Positions 1 through 9,873 of a DNA stretch of 64,000 nt are shown in pieces. Under the pieces are notes generated by a model, which made no database searches, had not been told where the DNA came from, and saw nothing but the letters and a program-made list of their open reading frames with translations. The stretch is taken from IMG/VR virus record IMGVR_UViG_3300019752_000001. The stretch is one strand, 5' to 3'. The position numbers were made by a program, and so were the translations under genes. Source of the DNA: a virus. The stretch's first letter is position 1, and the number at the start of each line of letters is the position of its first letter.

Positions 1-2
1 AT

Positions 3-485
3 AGTGACTGGACGATAGTTCACTTGTTCACAGCATACTGACAAATACCGCTCATCGTCAACAGGTTTGTGATGTGTATGCCCGTAGATATTTTTAGCAC
101 CTCTCAACTCACAAGGGTGAATTGGACAGTGACTTAACCAAAACCCCTTATACTTAACTAAAGAGTGAATCTTAGCTGTCTGAGCCATGATACGTAGGTT
201 TTGTTGCCTAACAGGTCTGTCTGTACAGTGATTACCTAGCACAACTTGAATATTCTTACAAGCCTTACTATAAGCCTCCCAATATTTCATACTATCTTCT
301 GTAAAGAATAGATCTCCAAGCAACCACAAAGTGTCTCTCTTGCCAACACCACTAAGAATTCTGTCTGACAAGATTTCATCGTGTTCCTCTACCGAGGTTA
401 TTTCTTGTCCAGCAATGTGTGTACGAAACTTACAGATGTTTGTGTGGCCATGGTGGAGGTCTGAGATGAACTTAACTTGACTCAT
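3..485 (-). CDS. Calcineurin-like metallophosphoesterase (runs off window start)
   Basis: Manual translation from ATG at 485: MSQVKFISDLHHGHTNICKF...LWLLGDL...VLGNH...WLSHCPIHP...NIYGHTHH, i.e. the DxH, GD, GNH, H and GHxH motifs. Not in the ORF track because it is open at the edge. Confidence 0.85.
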   Translation of the reverse strand, partial: MSQVKFISDLHHGHTNICKFRTHIAGQEITSVEEHDEILSDRILSGVGKRDTLWLLGDLFFTEDSMKYWEAYSKACKNIQVVLGNHCTDRPVRQQNLRIMAQTAKIHSLVKYKGFWLSHCPIHPCELRGAKNIYGHTHHKPVDDERYLSVCCEQVNYRPVT

Positions 486-687
486 ATTTATAACCTATCT
501 CATTTACTCGTTCAATTTTACAGAGTTCAACACACAAACCATTATCACAAAGGACATATGTGTCATCTACATCAACCACTGTGCCGAAAGATTTAGTGTT
601 AGGTACTATATCACTACTGTCGAACCTTATGAAGTCACCTACCAAAGGAGCTGGGCTTGTACGGAATCCCTGGAGAGTCATAAACAA
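472..687 (-). CDS. Hypothetical phage protein
   Basis: 71 aa ORF overlapping both neighbours in a tightly packed minus-strand operon. Confidence 0.55.
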   Translation of the reverse strand: MFMTLQGFRTSPAPLVGDFIRFDSSDIVPNTKSFGTVVDVDDTYVLCDNGLCVELCKIERVNEIGYKYESS

Positions 688-1019
688 TACTCCTCAAATT
701 CCTCATCAGTCATCTTCTCAAGCACTTCTGCTAAGTACAGGCACAGACGCTTGCGAGATGCTCCATACTCACCTTCCCAGAGGTCATATATGTCAGTATA
801 AGCTTGTTCTGCTCCACAAGGACTAGGTACAGGATACTCTGTATTTCCTGAGAACTCTTTCCACTCTGAACAATAAGATACTACAAAGCGAGAACTAATT
901 TTACAACATAAGAATAGATTTCGACAAATACCTTGGTAACACTTAACTCCAACAGTCCCCTCAGCCAGACCACGAAGATGTTCTATAGTGTTTTGTTTAC
1001 GTTCTGTAATATTCATCAT
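678..1019 (-). CDS. Hypothetical protein, paralog of 11878..12267
   Basis: Shares YPVP.P.G......LW.GEYGA.RKRLCL.LAE with the ORF at 11878. Confidence 0.75.
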   Translation of the reverse strand: MMNITERKQNTIEHLRGLAEGTVGVKCYQGICRNLFLCCKISSRFVVSYCSEWKEFSGNTEYPVPSPCGAEQAYTDIYDLWEGEYGASRKRLCLYLAEVLEKMTDEEFEEYCL

Positions 1020-1246
1020 TAAGCCTCTACAAAGGTTTCATAAAATTTACTCAATACTACACTATCATCCAGCTCATTGTAGAAATCCATGTACGTGCCT
1101 ACATAAATTTCCGTAAACTCTGCGGGAAGTTCGTCCCACAAAGCCTGACCGAAACGAAGACCTGGTGAGCTTTCCTGTTCAGAACGTACACGATTGATAA
1201 GAGTTTGAGCATCTGTATATGAAAGTTTCTGGTAGGTAGTCATCAT
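1019..1246 (-). CDS. Hypothetical phage protein (LRFGQ motif)
   Basis: 75 aa ORF coupled to its neighbours; PGLRFGQAL motif. Confidence 0.65.
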   Translation of the reverse strand: MMTTYQKLSYTDAQTLINRVRSEQESSPGLRFGQALWDELPAEFTEIYVGTYMDFYNELDDSVVLSKFYETFVEA

Positions 1247-1557
1247 AGGGTCTCCAACAAGGTTACAATTAAAGATACAGCTTTACTCATCTCATCTTCC
1301 GAAACAATAAAGATAGTGTAGCAGAAACTTTTATCGGTATCTACAATGGTGCAACCTTCACTCAATAAGGTGTCAACATGTTTTTGGAAACTGTACCAAT
1401 ACTGTGTGTTAGGGAAGTTTATCTCCAAATTTACCAGCCCTTCATCTGCTGTCATAACAATCAAGTTAAAATCTTTACCCAGGTTGTAGGTAATCTCTTG
1501 ACAACCAGGCAGTTTGTTAATGTCTAAAAGATCCTGTTCGTTGTCTACCATATTCAT
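1243..1557 (-). CDS. Hypothetical phage protein
   Basis: GAGGA RBS upstream; first gene behind the promoter at 1602-1630. Confidence 0.65.
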   Translation of the reverse strand: MNMVDNEQDLLDINKLPGCQEITYNLGKDFNLIVMTADEGLVNLEINFPNTQYWYSFQKHVDTLLSEGCTIVDTDKSFCYTIFIVSEDEMSKAVSLIVTLLETL

Positions 1558-1601
1558 TGTGTAGTCCTCTACAATGTTGTGTTTCTTAGTTGATGTTGAG
1601 A

Positions 1602-1630
1602 AGTGTAGGTGAAGGGGATTGTCTTGTCAA
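1602..1630 (-). promoter_or_regulatory. sigma70-type promoter
   Basis: TTGACA-17nt-TACACT on the minus strand. Confidence 0.7.
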
Positions 1631-1740
1631 TAACCTTAGAGACAAATACCTTAGTATTTCCTGTATAGCTCTGTGGCCTTGTGAGAACCTCTGTAAGGAG
1701 TTTTAATAACTCCCTATATAATCACATTACTAGAACGCAA

Positions 1741-1787
1741 AAAGACTCCACAGCCCTGTTTAGGAAGGCTGTGGAGTCTTTGTTTTA
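1741..1787. terminator. Strong hairpin / intrinsic terminator
   Basis: AAAGACTCCACAGCC / GGCTGTGGAGTCTTT inverted repeat flanked by A/T runs, downstream of ORF 1839..2327. Confidence 0.7.
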
Positions 1788-1838
1788 GTGGTTGTCGTCT
1801 AACCAACGTTTAGATCATTTACATTTATGTACCTGTTC

Positions 1839-2327
1839 TCACATACGTCCTGTCAGAAAATACTTCAGTCGCTTACCAAATCCTGCTGAAGCAATTTCTA
1901 AGTAGGTTTTATCTACCGTATCCTTCTCAGCACAAATGTCCTCTCGCAATTCATTGATAACCTTCTGCTGTTCATCTACCTGTGCAGTAAGTCCATCGAT
2001 TACAGTGTTACGCTCAGCGAGACGCAGGTCTGTGTGTGAGGCTGAGTATTCATGAGCTGAAATAAGACTCTTAAGGTTATCTAAGTAGAAGTTTACACCT
2101 CCTAACATCTGATCAACCTCTTCTGTAAAGGCTACGCACTTAGATTCCTCCTCTCCTTGAATATCCACACCGTACACTGCTTCAGGTTCACCACCTCGGA
2201 ACAGTTTCCAACTCATAGCATCACCTCGTGGGATATCCACTACTTGCGTAGTGATACCTGTGACAATAGTCATTTCTGTTGTGTTGTTAGTATTAGTCTT
2301 AATAGTCATCTTCTCATCCTCTCTCAT
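1839..2327 (-). CDS. Hypothetical protein with C-terminal coiled coil
   Basis: 162 aa ORF; heptad-like C-terminal half. Confidence 0.65.
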   Translation of the reverse strand: MREDEKMTIKTNTNNTTEMTIVTGITTQVVDIPRGDAMSWKLFRGGEPEAVYGVDIQGEEESKCVAFTEEVDQMLGGVNFYLDNLKSLISAHEYSASHTDLRLAERNTVIDGLTAQVDEQQKVINELREDICAEKDTVDKTYLEIASAGFGKRLKYFLTGRM

Positions 2328-2608
2328 TAAAATGTATGTACAATATCAACCCAGTGTGCTTGAGTTCCGTCATTGTACAGGATACAAATCTGTTTACTTG
2401 TTTGTCCAATCTTGTTCATTAGAAACGGAACATGATAGTTTGTCAATGGAAATGACATACGAAACTCAGGAGGTAGATGATTCACATGTAAACGTCTCAC
2501 CTCAATGTGTTTGTCAGCTGCTCTGATGATTAGTTGTTTCTCAAACTCTTCTGTCAAGGAGAGCATCGCTTTGCTCTGCTTGATAGGTTCTCTTATGAAG
2601 TTGTCCAC
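2327..2608 (-). CDS. Hypothetical phage protein
   Basis: 93 aa ORF in operon. Confidence 0.6.
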   Translation of the reverse strand: MDNFIREPIKQSKAMLSLTEEFEKQLIIRAADKHIEVRRLHVNHLPPEFRMSFPLTNYHVPFLMNKIGQTSKQICILYNDGTQAHWVDIVHTF

Positions 2609-2621
2609 ACTTTACCTTTTA

Positions 2622-2969
2622 TCATTTCACTGCCTCATACACAAAGATAGTTTTCTCTACTTCCTGTACTTGGAAGCAATCCCCTTCAGACCAATCTGTA
2701 CCCTCCCAACTACTGTAGAAAGCCGTGTGCATCCAGTACTCTTCACAGCCTAACTTTTTATCTTTAATTAGAAGTACAACGTGGTAGTTCTCTCCTTCCC
2801 CTTCCCCACCTTCCTGCTCCGCACTGCATATAGTGTACTTTCCATCCTCTGTTTCGTAGGAAGAGGTACACTCTAGTTCTGAAAACATACTACCAAGTTC
2901 TTCCTCAAAACCTGCGGAGATAGCAACATCGTTAATATCAATAACACTGTCAGTGTTTTTAGTAGTCAT
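2622..2969 (-). CDS. Small acidic phage protein (GGEGEG motif)
   Basis: EQEGGEGEGENY...YSSWEGTDW...QVQEVEKTIFVYE; overlaps the stop of the upstream 257 aa gene. Confidence 0.7.
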   Translation of the reverse strand: MTTKNTDSVIDINDVAISAGFEEELGSMFSELECTSSYETEDGKYTICSAEQEGGEGEGENYHVVLLIKDKKLGCEEYWMHTAFYSSWEGTDWSEGDCFQVQEVEKTIFVYEAVK

Positions 2970-3739
2970 AGTAATTCCTTTATCTTAGTTATGAAATGTT
3001 TATCTAAATCTTTTCTCTTCTTCATTACAGTTACAGCGTTCTCTATTACATAAGTGTTCCACCACCCTTTTGACAAAGAAGTTATTAACAAGTCTAAAGC
3101 CTTACTCTTAGCTACTGACAGCGGTAATTGTTTTTGTTTGTCCACAAACACCCATCGTTCAGCAGCTATAACATACAACTCTTCAAACACTGTTAGAAGT
3201 TTTTCCTCTTGAGACAAACCGCAGAACAACACCTCACTACAAATAGGTTTATCTTTATCCTGTCTGATAAGATTGTGTACAGGTTCTTCTCTAAAAGCTA
3301 GAAGTTTGTGCAGCTCGTCATGATCAAACCTCCTAGTAATTACATCTTTAAAGAAAGTTTGATTATTCTTATCAGAGAACGATGCGCACTTTTTCCCAAA
3401 CTTCCTTTCCCACAGAGACGTTAATATACTGTGAAGGTGTTTATCCAACCTAGCTCCGCACCTTTTCATAATATCAATATCTTTTAGGTGTTGTATCCAT
3501 TTCCCATTCTTACCTTTCCAAGGGCAATGAGAAACCTTAATTGTATAAAGATAGTCCAGGTCTACGTACAGAGGGTGGTTATTATTATCTACGACATATT
3601 GAAATGCCTCATCCCAATGTACATCTACACCAAGTTGCTTTTCTGTTGTACTTGACAGGACATCTAAATCAGAAGGAACACGACCTAGCGTACCTCTTCC
3701 AACCCAATAATCAAGAGCTGTTGATCCAAAGATTAACAT
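2966..3739 (-). CDS. Putative nucleotidyltransferase-like phage protein (DUF7275-like)
   Basis: N-terminal GS.AL...PSDLDV (GS...DxD) motif, then LYTIKVSH, FFKD...FDHDELH and ITSLSKGWW. Confidence 0.6.
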   Translation of the reverse strand: MLIFGSTALDYWVGRGTLGRVPSDLDVLSSTTEKQLGVDVHWDEAFQYVVDNNNHPLYVDLDYLYTIKVSHCPWKGKNGKWIQHLKDIDIMKRCGARLDKHLHSILTSLWERKFGKKCASFSDKNNQTFFKDVITRRFDHDELHKLLAFREEPVHNLIRQDKDKPICSEVLFCGLSQEEKLLTVFEELYVIAAERWVFVDKQKQLPLSVAKSKALDLLITSLSKGWWNTYVIENAVTVMKKRKDLDKHFITKIKELL

Positions 3740-3767
3740 AAGCTTTTTTAATTTCCTACTTTACCTT

Positions 3768-4763
3768 TTATAGGGTTCCTACTCCAGTTGCTGCCTGCTC
3801 CATACGCTGCTTCTCAGCCTTATCAAGAACAGCTTTCTCAGCCCAATATTCAGGGTTATTGACCTTCTTACTAGGCTTCTTAGGGCCTTGTGGAGGCGTC
3901 TGTACAGCAGGCTTCTTAAGTCCACCTGCAATAGTAAGTTTATAACTGTCATCGAAAGGAACACTAACAACTTCACCATTAACCTTATACAGGATAATCC
4001 CAGCAAGATGTTTTACAGGAACATTTACAACATTTGTACTGTTTACTGAGAATGTGTCTGTATTAGTGGTTGGTGATTGCACATACTCAACATAGCGATT
4101 ATCAACCTGATCATCACCTCCACCTTCTACGCTTCCCTGAACACCGTTCCAAGTAGTGATCTGAGTAGCTGTGAAGGTTGAAGCTTCCTCCCCTTTATCA
4201 TCGCCCTCCTCAGCCTTGTAGATGAATGTTACTTTGTGTACCAGAGTTGCTGGGCAATGAACGAGAGGCTTCATCAAGGATTCCTTCTTATTTTTGGTAG
4301 AGGTGTTATTCCTACCTTTCATCGAACTCTTACCCCGGAGTGTCCCTTGTTCAGCTTCATTCTTAGCCAGGAGGAAGGCAACTGGGTGTATTGTTAGAAG
4401 ATGCTTAACATTTACATAATGCCAATCATTTCCCTCAGAATTTAAAACAGCGATCTCATTATCCCTGTCAACCCCACGATCACTGGTACTCCGAATGCTA
4501 CCTTCTACGAAAATACTAGGGTGTTCCTCTTCTCCAACCAAGAACTTATTAAATGTCTTAGCGTCAGAAGCAAACACATAAACCTTATCACCTCGCTCCC
4601 AACCTAACTGTTTGTTATAGTGCTTTCCTTCCACCAATTGCTCAGTGAATGAGAATCCAATCTGACCTGCTGCAGCCTTACGTTCCTCCTTAGAGTAATT
4701 ATCAAGGATTGACAAATCTTCTACGTAGTTCTCTGCGAAGTTTTTCTCATTAAATGTGGTCAT
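3768..4763 (-). CDS. Hypothetical protein
   Basis: Long ORF; likely start ATG 4763 after AGGAG RBS, behind the promoter at 4824-4852. Confidence 0.7.
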   Translation of the reverse strand: MTTFNEKNFAENYVEDLSILDNYSKEERKAAAGQIGFSFTEQLVEGKHYNKQLGWERGDKVYVFASDAKTFNKFLVGEEEHPSIFVEGSIRSTSDRGVDRDNEIAVLNSEGNDWHYVNVKHLLTIHPVAFLLAKNEAEQGTLRGKSSMKGRNNTSTKNKKESLMKPLVHCPATLVHKVTFIYKAEEGDDKGEEASTFTATQITTWNGVQGSVEGGGDDQVDNRYVEYVQSPTTNTDTFSVNSTNVVNVPVKHLAGIILYKVNGEVVSVPFDDSYKLTIAGGLKKPAVQTPPQGPKKPSKKVNNPEYWAEKAVLDKAEKQRMEQAATGVGTL

Positions 4764-4823
4764 TGTGTTCTCCTGTTGTATAGTTTGTTGAGGTTTGTTA
4801 AGTTTTGTTGAGTCGATGAAGAG

Positions 4824-4852
4824 AGAATAATACACCCACTTCTCTCTGTCAA
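4824..4852 (-). promoter_or_regulatory. sigma70-type promoter
   Basis: TTGACA-17nt-TATTCT. Confidence 0.65.
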
Positions 4853-4862
4853 CGTTTATTTC

Positions 4863-6230
4863 TCAGGCATTCAAAGCTTTCTCTTTCATCATATTGTAAA
4901 ACTCCATGACATCTTCATCAATGACAATATCCTCTCTCCGTATCTTCCTGACAAGGTGAAGGTTCTCTACATTGGTCAGACGAGAGAGTGCTACATAGGC
5001 TTGCCCTGCTGCAAAACATTTCCAACCTAAGTCAATAACAGCTCCATCTCGTATGGTGCTTCCCTGTACACGATGAACTGTCAATGCATCAGCCTGCAAC
5101 ACAGGAAATTGTGTCCAGCTCCCTACTACAACCTGATCAACTCTGTTACGTGCAGGGGTATCATCTGTGGCTGCTACAGCTGTTGTTACATAGTCTCGCT
5201 TCTCCCACTTAAATGGCTCAATCAGCACCTCCTCTCCTGTTGAGGCAAGCTTCACAACAATCTCAGTTACAGATAGATATGTAATCACTCCTGTAGATCC
5301 ATTGTTGTATTGTCCGTTTACATCATTGGCTGTCAACAACACATTCAAACCTACCTTCAAGGCTAAGGTTTTAGGTGCTGGTTCCTCAGTCTTCTTGAAT
5401 GTCCCCTTCACAACAGCTGGGTAGATGTGTTCCTCACTCCGATTCAAACTGTAATGCTTAGCGTTCTCAGCCTCAACCTTTGCATTAGTTGTGACAATTT
5501 TCAATGTATTTGTTGGAGGTCGAGTTGTGTAACAGTTTTGATTGAACCATGGAATAGCTATATCTAGTTCATGTCCGAAACGAATACGTTCAAGGTTTTC
5601 TTTGAACACAGGATCAGAAGTACGCTCTACTTTATGGAGAATGATATAGTCAAAGTTTAGTTCATCCCACACATCACAATGGAAAGGGTATTTCCCTCCA
5701 AAGTGATCCATTACAAGTGTATGTTCTTTAGTCTTGGGTTGAAGGACAGGTTCAAGCTGGAACACATCTCCCATAACAACTACTTGTAACCCCCCAAAAG
5801 GTAGGTTATTATTTTTAAGTTTACGTAGCTTCTGATCAATAGCCCAAAAACTATCTACTCTGTTCATGAATATTTCATCAATGTAGACAGTTTTTATAAC
5901 GTTTCCGCTGAACAGTTTCTTAGTTTTAGGGGATACCTTAGCCAACCCTTTCTCTGTAGGATACCCAATAGGGATACCAAACACAGAATGACATGTAGAA
6001 CCTCCAATATTGATAGCAGCCTTACCAGTAGGAGCTACGAAGATGGCACTGTCAGCTTGCAACAGTTTCATGTGATTGAGTAGCCAACTCTTACCACAAC
6101 CTCCTGATCCAGATATGCAGACATTACTTCCAGATAGGATAGCATCACGGGCAGCTGCTTGTCCTTCGTTAAGAGGGAACTGCTTATCGGCTTCTTGTGT
6201 AACGGGGTTTACAGGTGTAAATAGTTTCAA
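4863..6230 (-). CDS. PIF1/RecD-like SF1B DNA helicase
   Basis: Walker A GSGGCGKS, APTGKAA, IDE, PFGGLQVVVMGDVFQLEPV, TVHRVQGST, GQAYVALSR. Confidence 0.92.
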   Translation of the reverse strand: MKLFTPVNPVTQEADKQFPLNEGQAAARDAILSGSNVCISGSGGCGKSWLLNHMKLLQADSAIFVAPTGKAAINIGGSTCHSVFGIPIGYPTEKGLAKVSPKTKKLFSGNVIKTVYIDEIFMNRVDSFWAIDQKLRKLKNNNLPFGGLQVVVMGDVFQLEPVLQPKTKEHTLVMDHFGGKYPFHCDVWDELNFDYIILHKVERTSDPVFKENLERIRFGHELDIAIPWFNQNCYTTRPPTNTLKIVTTNAKVEAENAKHYSLNRSEEHIYPAVVKGTFKKTEEPAPKTLALKVGLNVLLTANDVNGQYNNGSTGVITYLSVTEIVVKLASTGEEVLIEPFKWEKRDYVTTAVAATDDTPARNRVDQVVVGSWTQFPVLQADALTVHRVQGSTIRDGAVIDLGWKCFAAGQAYVALSRLTNVENLHLVRKIRREDIVIDEDVMEFYNMMKEKALNA

Positions 6231-6757
6231 TTATGCAAGCCCTCTAAAGTTTTATTAAGCTCTGCTTCAGTCAGAACATACACAATCACCTTCCAACCTT
6301 TATCACACAGCTCCTCTTCAATAATCTTTGACACAACTCGCCAGTCTCCTCCAGCCAATCCACAACCTATAAGAGGAAGGCCAATCTTAATATCCTCTCT
6401 TTCTCTGAATACATCAAGACATTGTTGCATACCTTTAAAGGAACTACGTAGGGCTGTGTAGTCTGTATCTAGTTCACCACGTTGACGACCATTCCAATGA
6501 TACTGTCCGTATAGTCCAAAGACTGCAGGGTTATTGTGCGGAATAATGTCTGCAACAATAAACGTACCAAGCTTCTCTTTATCACCCCTCTCTGTGTCAT
6601 CATCAGCTTCACCCATTAAAGGAAAAGCCTTATCAATAAGAGGAGCAATCCCACTTTTACGTGTACAGAAACAGTTGAGCTGTTGAGCAATAACATCTAC
6701 CTCACCAACCTTTGCAGCTTCTATTAAGTCACCTACTTTGTATTCTATCTTTGTCAT
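6227..6757 (-). CDS. Macrodomain protein (ADP-ribose binding/hydrolase)
   Basis: VGDLI, IAQQLNCF...GIA, PLIGCGLAGGDW motifs. Confidence 0.9.
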   Translation of the reverse strand: MTKIEYKVGDLIEAAKVGEVDVIAQQLNCFCTRKSGIAPLIDKAFPLMGEADDDTERGDKEKLGTFIVADIIPHNNPAVFGLYGQYHWNGRQRGELDTDYTALRSSFKGMQQCLDVFREREDIKIGLPLIGCGLAGGDWRVVSKIIEEELCDKGWKVIVYVLTEAELNKTLEGLHN

Positions 6758-6945
6758 TAGTTGTTCCTCTTGATTAATAGTGTGCAGTCCTATCAGCAGC
6801 CTGTCTATCCTCGTGCATACAGCGTTTTATCTCTTCAGTCATACAATCACACCACTTAATAGAAAGCCTATCACAGAGCCTTACAGACGCTGTGAGAGGC
6901 TATACTGTTTATCTTATCTCAAATAACTATTACATCACACAAGAT

Positions 6946-8658
6946 CTACATAACACCAAGCTTACTACGGATCTCAGATAGAGTGTATTGGTTGTAGAGT
7001 TCACCATCCTCAAACACAACCTTCAGCTCCCCTTGAGCTTCCTGTTCAACAGTTTGGTTATCATATGTCACATACATCTCCTGTCCATCTTCTCCCTTCT
7101 CAAGCTCAACACGTAACAATCCTTCACGAGAAGCCTTAGACATATCGGTCTTAGGAGTTTTGTTCATACCAAAACCTTCACCACCTACTACGGAGTAACC
7201 TCCCTTCAACGCAATACCATAAGAATCTCGTGAGGAGTTTTTCAGCTTAGCCCAACTACCAACACCAAGCAATAGGTTTGTTACACAGAATCCTAATTCT
7301 TCCATACGGCTATAGATAGCTTCTTGCATCTCCATTGTAATAGCTTCTCCGTAGATCAGTCCAACAGAAGGATGCAACACTTTATAACCTTTCTCGTTAA
7401 CCACCCCTCCAAACACTTCCCAGAGTATTTGTAAACTACCCTTCACTTCTTCTTCTGAGATTTCCTTGTAACTGAGGTTTCCATCAACTTCATAATATTT
7501 ACCTGAAGTTTTGCACCGGAACACCTGATAACCTCGTTGTATTAATGATGGGGTGATGAGGTTGTTAAGACCCCGTCCTTGTAGGTAAGGTCTGAAGTTA
7601 GGAATATCTTTATACCGTTCACCACAAATAACTTCTAGTGGGGTTTTAGGGCTGCTATCAGGACGGAACACAAGCTTACCAGGCAAACCTAAAGAGTCTG
7701 GCTCACGGGACACAATTACAGGTTCAAGCTTAGCAGCTAGCTCTGAGATAACGTAATAGTAATCTTTACTATCTGCTACATAACTCAGAATGCCACGTGG
7801 GTAAACATCTGTCAGGAGACGCTTAAGACTCTCTTCTTCACTTCCGTAATAATGGATACCTTGTGTGGTTGTTGCGTGTTCAGTTGCATTAACAGAGACG
7901 CCAACCCATTCCTTATCACTATCTGCACCATAATATTGTTCAAGTCCATCAATAGCCCATAAAGTGTCTGTTCCAACACCAAACATAAGGTGTGCTACTC
8001 CAGACATCATAGCATCCTGATCACCACGCAGACCACGAGCTGAGAAGTCATGGTTAGCAATAGGCAACCAAGCAGCAGCTGCTTCTGGAGTAGCAGTCTT
8101 CTCAGCCCAGCGCTTACTTGTCAGGAAATACTGTTGAGCTACGGATGCAGAGTTACACATTGACCACACCATACAACTCAGGAATGTCTCACAATTGTTT
8201 GTCAACCAGAAGAAGCGATCATCTGTATTAACTACTGTGAAGAATGGTGTGTTCTTATTAACCAAACTACCTTCAGGGAGGGACTTAATACGCAGAGGAA
8301 GATAACCTAGATCATGTAGGTCAGCCATAGCAGCAATCTGTACATCTCCGTTGTCAGGGCCTACACAGTTTTTAACCCGACGACGATAGGCATTGATAAC
8401 TTTTTCTTTAGGCTGACTGAAGAATGTAGCATTCCAGTTATCCTTCAACATGTGTACAGCCAACTGAACACCCACCATCACCATCTTATCGGTGTTGTTC
8501 TGAGGGATTGTGTGAGCCAGTCTGAAGTTACGAGCTGTACAGCTGCTGTACACTACCTCTGTTCCAGGGACATACTGTTCAATATGACCTAGTTTATAAG
8601 CATCTGTCTTGTGAGCTTGAGAGATGGCGAAAATTGAATTGTTCATTGTGTTAATCAT
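6946..8658 (-). CDS. nadV: Nicotinamide phosphoribosyltransferase-like protein; probable NARP1 Namat
   Basis: TDAYKLGH, HDFSARG, SVNATEH, SYVADS, FRPDS, GLIYGE, GVGS motifs; near a Prs homolog. Confidence 0.9.
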   Translation of the reverse strand: MINTMNNSIFAISQAHKTDAYKLGHIEQYVPGTEVVYSSCTARNFRLAHTIPQNNTDKMVMVGVQLAVHMLKDNWNATFFSQPKEKVINAYRRRVKNCVGPDNGDVQIAAMADLHDLGYLPLRIKSLPEGSLVNKNTPFFTVVNTDDRFFWLTNNCETFLSCMVWSMCNSASVAQQYFLTSKRWAEKTATPEAAAAWLPIANHDFSARGLRGDQDAMMSGVAHLMFGVGTDTLWAIDGLEQYYGADSDKEWVGVSVNATEHATTTQGIHYYGSEEESLKRLLTDVYPRGILSYVADSKDYYYVISELAAKLEPVIVSREPDSLGLPGKLVFRPDSSPKTPLEVICGERYKDIPNFRPYLQGRGLNNLITPSLIQRGYQVFRCKTSGKYYEVDGNLSYKEISEEEVKGSLQILWEVFGGVVNEKGYKVLHPSVGLIYGEAITMEMQEAIYSRMEELGFCVTNLLLGVGSWAKLKNSSRDSYGIALKGGYSVVGGEGFGMNKTPKTDMSKASREGLLRVELEKGEDGQEMYVTYDNQTVEQEAQGELKVVFEDGELYNQYTLSEIRSKLGVM

Positions 8659-8996
8659 ACTTTGTTCTCCTGTTTTACGAAAATAGCGTGGAAATAATTA
8701 CAGAAATCATAAGCTTCTGAGTTTACTACACCGGAAGAGGAACTGCTTAGTGTATACCCTTGAGCTAATAGTTCATTACACTCCTTTTCAAACTCTGCTG
8801 GTGTTAATACGTCTACAACTTTTACAGAAGGTGTAGTTATGTCTTCCTGAACCTTCTCCTCAAAAACTGTTCCATCCTTAACCCACTCCCAAGTTATATA
8901 TCGGGGATTAACAGCTCCACAGTCACAAACCCAACCATTACGCCCTTCCATTACAGAACTCTTGCAGACATCACAAGAAATAACTGAATGCCCCAT
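8655..8996 (-). CDS. Hypothetical Zn-ribbon protein inserted between the Prs-like and Nampt-like genes
   Basis: CDVC...CDCG; AGGAG RBS. Confidence 0.6.
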   Translation of the reverse strand: MGHSVISCDVCKSSVMEGRNGWVCDCGAVNPRYITWEWVKDGTVFEEKVQEDITTPSVKVVDVLTPAEFEKECNELLAQGYTLSSSSSGVVNSEAYDFCNYFHAIFVKQENKV

Positions 8997-9007
8997 AACT
9001 TTCTCCT

Positions 9008-9865
9008 TTAATATGTGTAGTTTAATTTCATCAGTTTGATACGTTCATCTTTGCAGTAACCAAACAAACTATCTGTTGTCCAGATGTCATCAACTCCTCC
9101 CTCAAAGATGTGATCAACTCCGTTAGGGAATATACCATGTACAACACAAAGTACAACCTTTGCAGCTCCCTTTTCCTTAAGCTTCTTTGCCAGAGCTATA
9201 AAGGTTCCTCCGTTATCACAGATGTCATCAAAGATATAACATGTTCGTCCCACCACTTCATCATCTTTACAATACACTTCTGTAGATGTGATTGCACCAG
9301 ATACTACATCTCGCACTTTAGCTGCTTGTACTACACGGGATATACTGAGCTTCTTACAAACTTTCAAACTCTTCTTGCTAGCACCTGCGTCAGGGATAAC
9401 CACAACGTCCTGATCAGAAATGATGTTATGGAAAGGTCTAAACACTTCTTCTTGCTTAACTTCAATGCAGCGAGCTAAGCAGGCTGTTGCCACATCTGAG
9501 TGGCTATCCACCACCATAACCAAGTCAAACTGCATAGCGTTGATTGCTTCACAGAATACCTTAATAGATAATGCTTCTCCATTGTCCATAACACGATCCT
9601 GTCGAGCATATGGAATGTAGGGCATACGAAGCTTCATATGAGAGGGACGACACATACGAACTACAGCATCCTTCAGCATCATAAGGATAATTAAATCCTC
9701 TGGCTTAGACATCTTAGCTTCAATCGTACAAGCCTGTCCACAGAAGACAGTAAAAGGAGGAAGAAGTTTTACATTAACCTCTCCTCCACTAAAGACTGAA
9801 TAGGTGAACGGGATAGTTTGTGTCCCATATTGAATATCGAATCGTTCATTAACTCTTGTCATCAT
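9008..9865 (-). CDS. prs: Ribose-phosphate pyrophosphokinase-like protein; probable NARP1 Adps
   Basis: FSGGEVNV, MPYIPYARQDR, DSHS, PDAGA, DDICDNGGTF, HGIF motifs. Confidence 0.92.
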   Translation of the reverse strand: MMTRVNERFDIQYGTQTIPFTYSVFSGGEVNVKLLPPFTVFCGQACTIEAKMSKPEDLIILMMLKDAVVRMCRPSHMKLRMPYIPYARQDRVMDNGEALSIKVFCEAINAMQFDLVMVVDSHSDVATACLARCIEVKQEEVFRPFHNIISDQDVVVIPDAGASKKSLKVCKKLSISRVVQAAKVRDVVSGAITSTEVYCKDDEVVGRTCYIFDDICDNGGTFIALAKKLKEKGAAKVVLCVVHGIFPNGVDHIFEGGVDDIWTTDSLFGYCKDERIKLMKLNYTY

Positions 9866-9873
9866 TTGTTCTC

